A model generated the notes under the pieces. It worked only from the letters and a program-made list of their open reading frames with translations, searched no databases and had not been told where the DNA came from. DNA of 63,638 bases, the filler included, from Folioceros fuciformis (lineage: Eukaryota): the NCBI GenBank assembly GCA_049999805.1. It is 4 parts of 3 records of this genome, joined end to end, with 100 filler letters (N's around TTAATTAATTAA, not from the genome) between each part and the next. Parts side by side here need not be neighbours in the genome. Positions count along the whole stretch, not along the records: positions 62,011 to 63,638 come from JBNGIO010006227.1; 3 more parts are not named here. One strand, written 5' to 3'. Made by a program: the position numbers and the translations under genes. Below are positions 62,011-63,638 of this stretch, piece by piece. Each line of letters opens with the position of its first letter. Position 1 is the first letter of the stretch.

Positions 62011-63638
62011 AGAATAGAGCAGAGGATTTTGTTCTCTGACTCTGATGATGATGAGGCGTTTGGCATGATGGCGGTGCGCAAGAAAAAGAAAAAGGCTGTT
62101 GCTGACTTTGGTGAAGGCGTCACTGCGAAGGGAGTGCTGGAACGGGAATCGACCAAGATGCCGGAGAGTTTCCGGCAGGTCGAGGGAAACTCCACGACAC
62201 AGAAGGTGTCAAGATCAGGTCGAGACGTTGAGGCGTTGCTGGACAAGGCCATGGAGGTGCCTGCAGTAAGTCTTGTGGATCTGGGAGTGAAGGGCAACAA
62301 CTTCAAAAACATCATGCGAGAATGGCTGAGAAAGGAGCTTGAATCCGCAGGATCTCTCCCTAGTATGGCCAGTTTGTGTGGCGAGCATCTGATGCCAGAG
62401 GCGCGAGGTGGAGGAGGTGTTGCCATGATTGATAACACGGGACGGCACGTGACCTTTGATGGCTATGCTCCAGTAAACGTACTTGTAGACACAGGAGCGG
62501 ATCCGGTACTGCTGGGAGCACGGGTGCAGGAGGCACTAAAGCTGTACGGACACAAGCTCGTTCCGAGCGACGTGAACATCACCACCTCTGCAGGTACCAA
62601 GGAACAGGTACTGGGAATGACGAGGAGGCCCGTGAAGATTGAATTGAAGCCTGGCACGAAGGATGCCAGCATCGTTGAAGTGAGATGTTTGGTCACCAGT
62701 GCGAAGACATATGATGTCTTGCTGGGGTCGGACAGAACTCACCGTCCTGCCATGGGGGTTGATCCCTTGCACGCTGAAGCTTTCTACAGACCATTCTGGT
62801 GGAGAGGAGATTTCACGCATGTTGCACGAATTCCTCTAAGGATGAATAGGAGTGGTGGCAAGAGCAGGACGAGGATGACAGGCAGCACCATGATTGCCCA
62901 CAGTGCTCAGAGTGAACATCGACATGAGATGTGGGAGGAAACGCAGGAGTTATCCTCTCTGGAGATGCCAAAGCCAAGAGAGCAGAAGGGTGTGCTTAAG
63001 GTGGTGCGCTCAGAATATTTGGATCAAGCGAGGGTTCGAGAGAACCAGCGAAGGAAGGAGGATCGACCGTGGAATCTCACAGACACATGTCCTGAGAGGT
63101 CGATCCCAGGTATGGGGCCTGCCAAGTCGGGAGATCGACGCATCGACAATGCTCTAGTACGATGGAAGGTGGGCCCTCAAGGCATCCATTTGTTGGAGCT
63201 CTGCTCGGGAATCAGCAGTGGCCTGGAAGCGGTGTTGCAGTGTGGCGTCAAGATACGGCAATATACCTGCGTGGAGAAGGATGAGAAGATTCGAGCTGTC
63301 GCTAGGGGTCGAATCCTCAGGTTCTGCAAACAGTATCCAACACTACTGAGCGAGGAAGCAGTTCGAGGCTGTCAGAGCAGGCTGCCCACAGACGTGAACC
63401 TGGTTGGGAAGCGGCAGCTACAAGCCTTGTCAAGCCCAGTGGATATGCTGATCGCGGGATGGGAATGCAAGACATTTTCGACAGCAGGCAGAGGCAACGG
63501 TGAAGGCGTTTCGTTGGCTGCTGAGCTCGCACGAATCACGCGAGAAGTCCAGATTGCGAATCCACGATGTTGGTACATTCTGGAGAATGTGTGTGCAGCC
63601 ATGGACAAACGTCCAGCTGTTAGGGCCCTGTATGAAGA
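62011..63638 (+). CDS. Retrotransposon polyprotein fragment: retropepsin-type aspartic protease fused in frame to a C5 cytosine DNA methyltransferase domain (open at both ends)
   Basis: Manual frame-1 translation has no stop from 62011 to the window end. Protease VLVDTGAD (Asp codon 62488) and YDVLLGSD. DNMT motif I LLELCSGISSG (63190-63222), II VEKD, III LPTDV, IV DMLIAGWECKTFSTAG (Cys codon 63466), VI YILENV (63574-63591). Confidence 0.88.

Noticed and set aside
60193-63638. Treating gag-protease and protease-DNMT as one continuous element
   Set aside because: They are separated by an artificial linker, each has its own protease, and they differ strongly in decay and composition.
63180-63638. 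Host DRM/DNMT3 gene or bacterial restriction-modification methylase
   Set aside because: Motif order I-IV-VI is not the DRM permutation, no introns or host regulatory domains are visible, and the domain is fused in frame to a retropepsin. Contamination cannot be formally excluded without read data.

Overview
Eukaryotic, seed-free land-plant nuclear DNA, most likely hornwort. That assignment is inferred from compact genes with short GT-AG introns and a DYW:KP-type PPR ending in a GRP-like motif. The left half is gene-dense: ATR kinase, a plastid fibrillin-like protein, an HMA protein, WDR26, cytosolic PheRS alpha and an MEA1-like protein. The right half is rich in transposable elements: two decayed Ty1/copia elements with nested LTR insertions, a remnant RLE-type LINE and a PIF/Harbinger element, around an intact PPR-DYW:KP gene and a DDX46/RH42 helicase. 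The strongest signal is missing from the ORF track because it runs off the window end. It is an uninterrupted reading frame of >540 codons (62011-63638, +) in which a retroviral-type aspartic protease is followed in frame by a C5 cytosine DNA methyltransferase domain (motifs I-IV and VI). This points to a retrotransposon carrying its own DNMT in a land plant. The PPR-DYW:KP gene also carries an N-terminal OSB-type PDF-like motif. Three 100-bp N gaps with a TTAATTAATTAA linker mark artificial contig joins, so adjacency across them is unreliable. All calls come from manual motif reading; no database searches were run.
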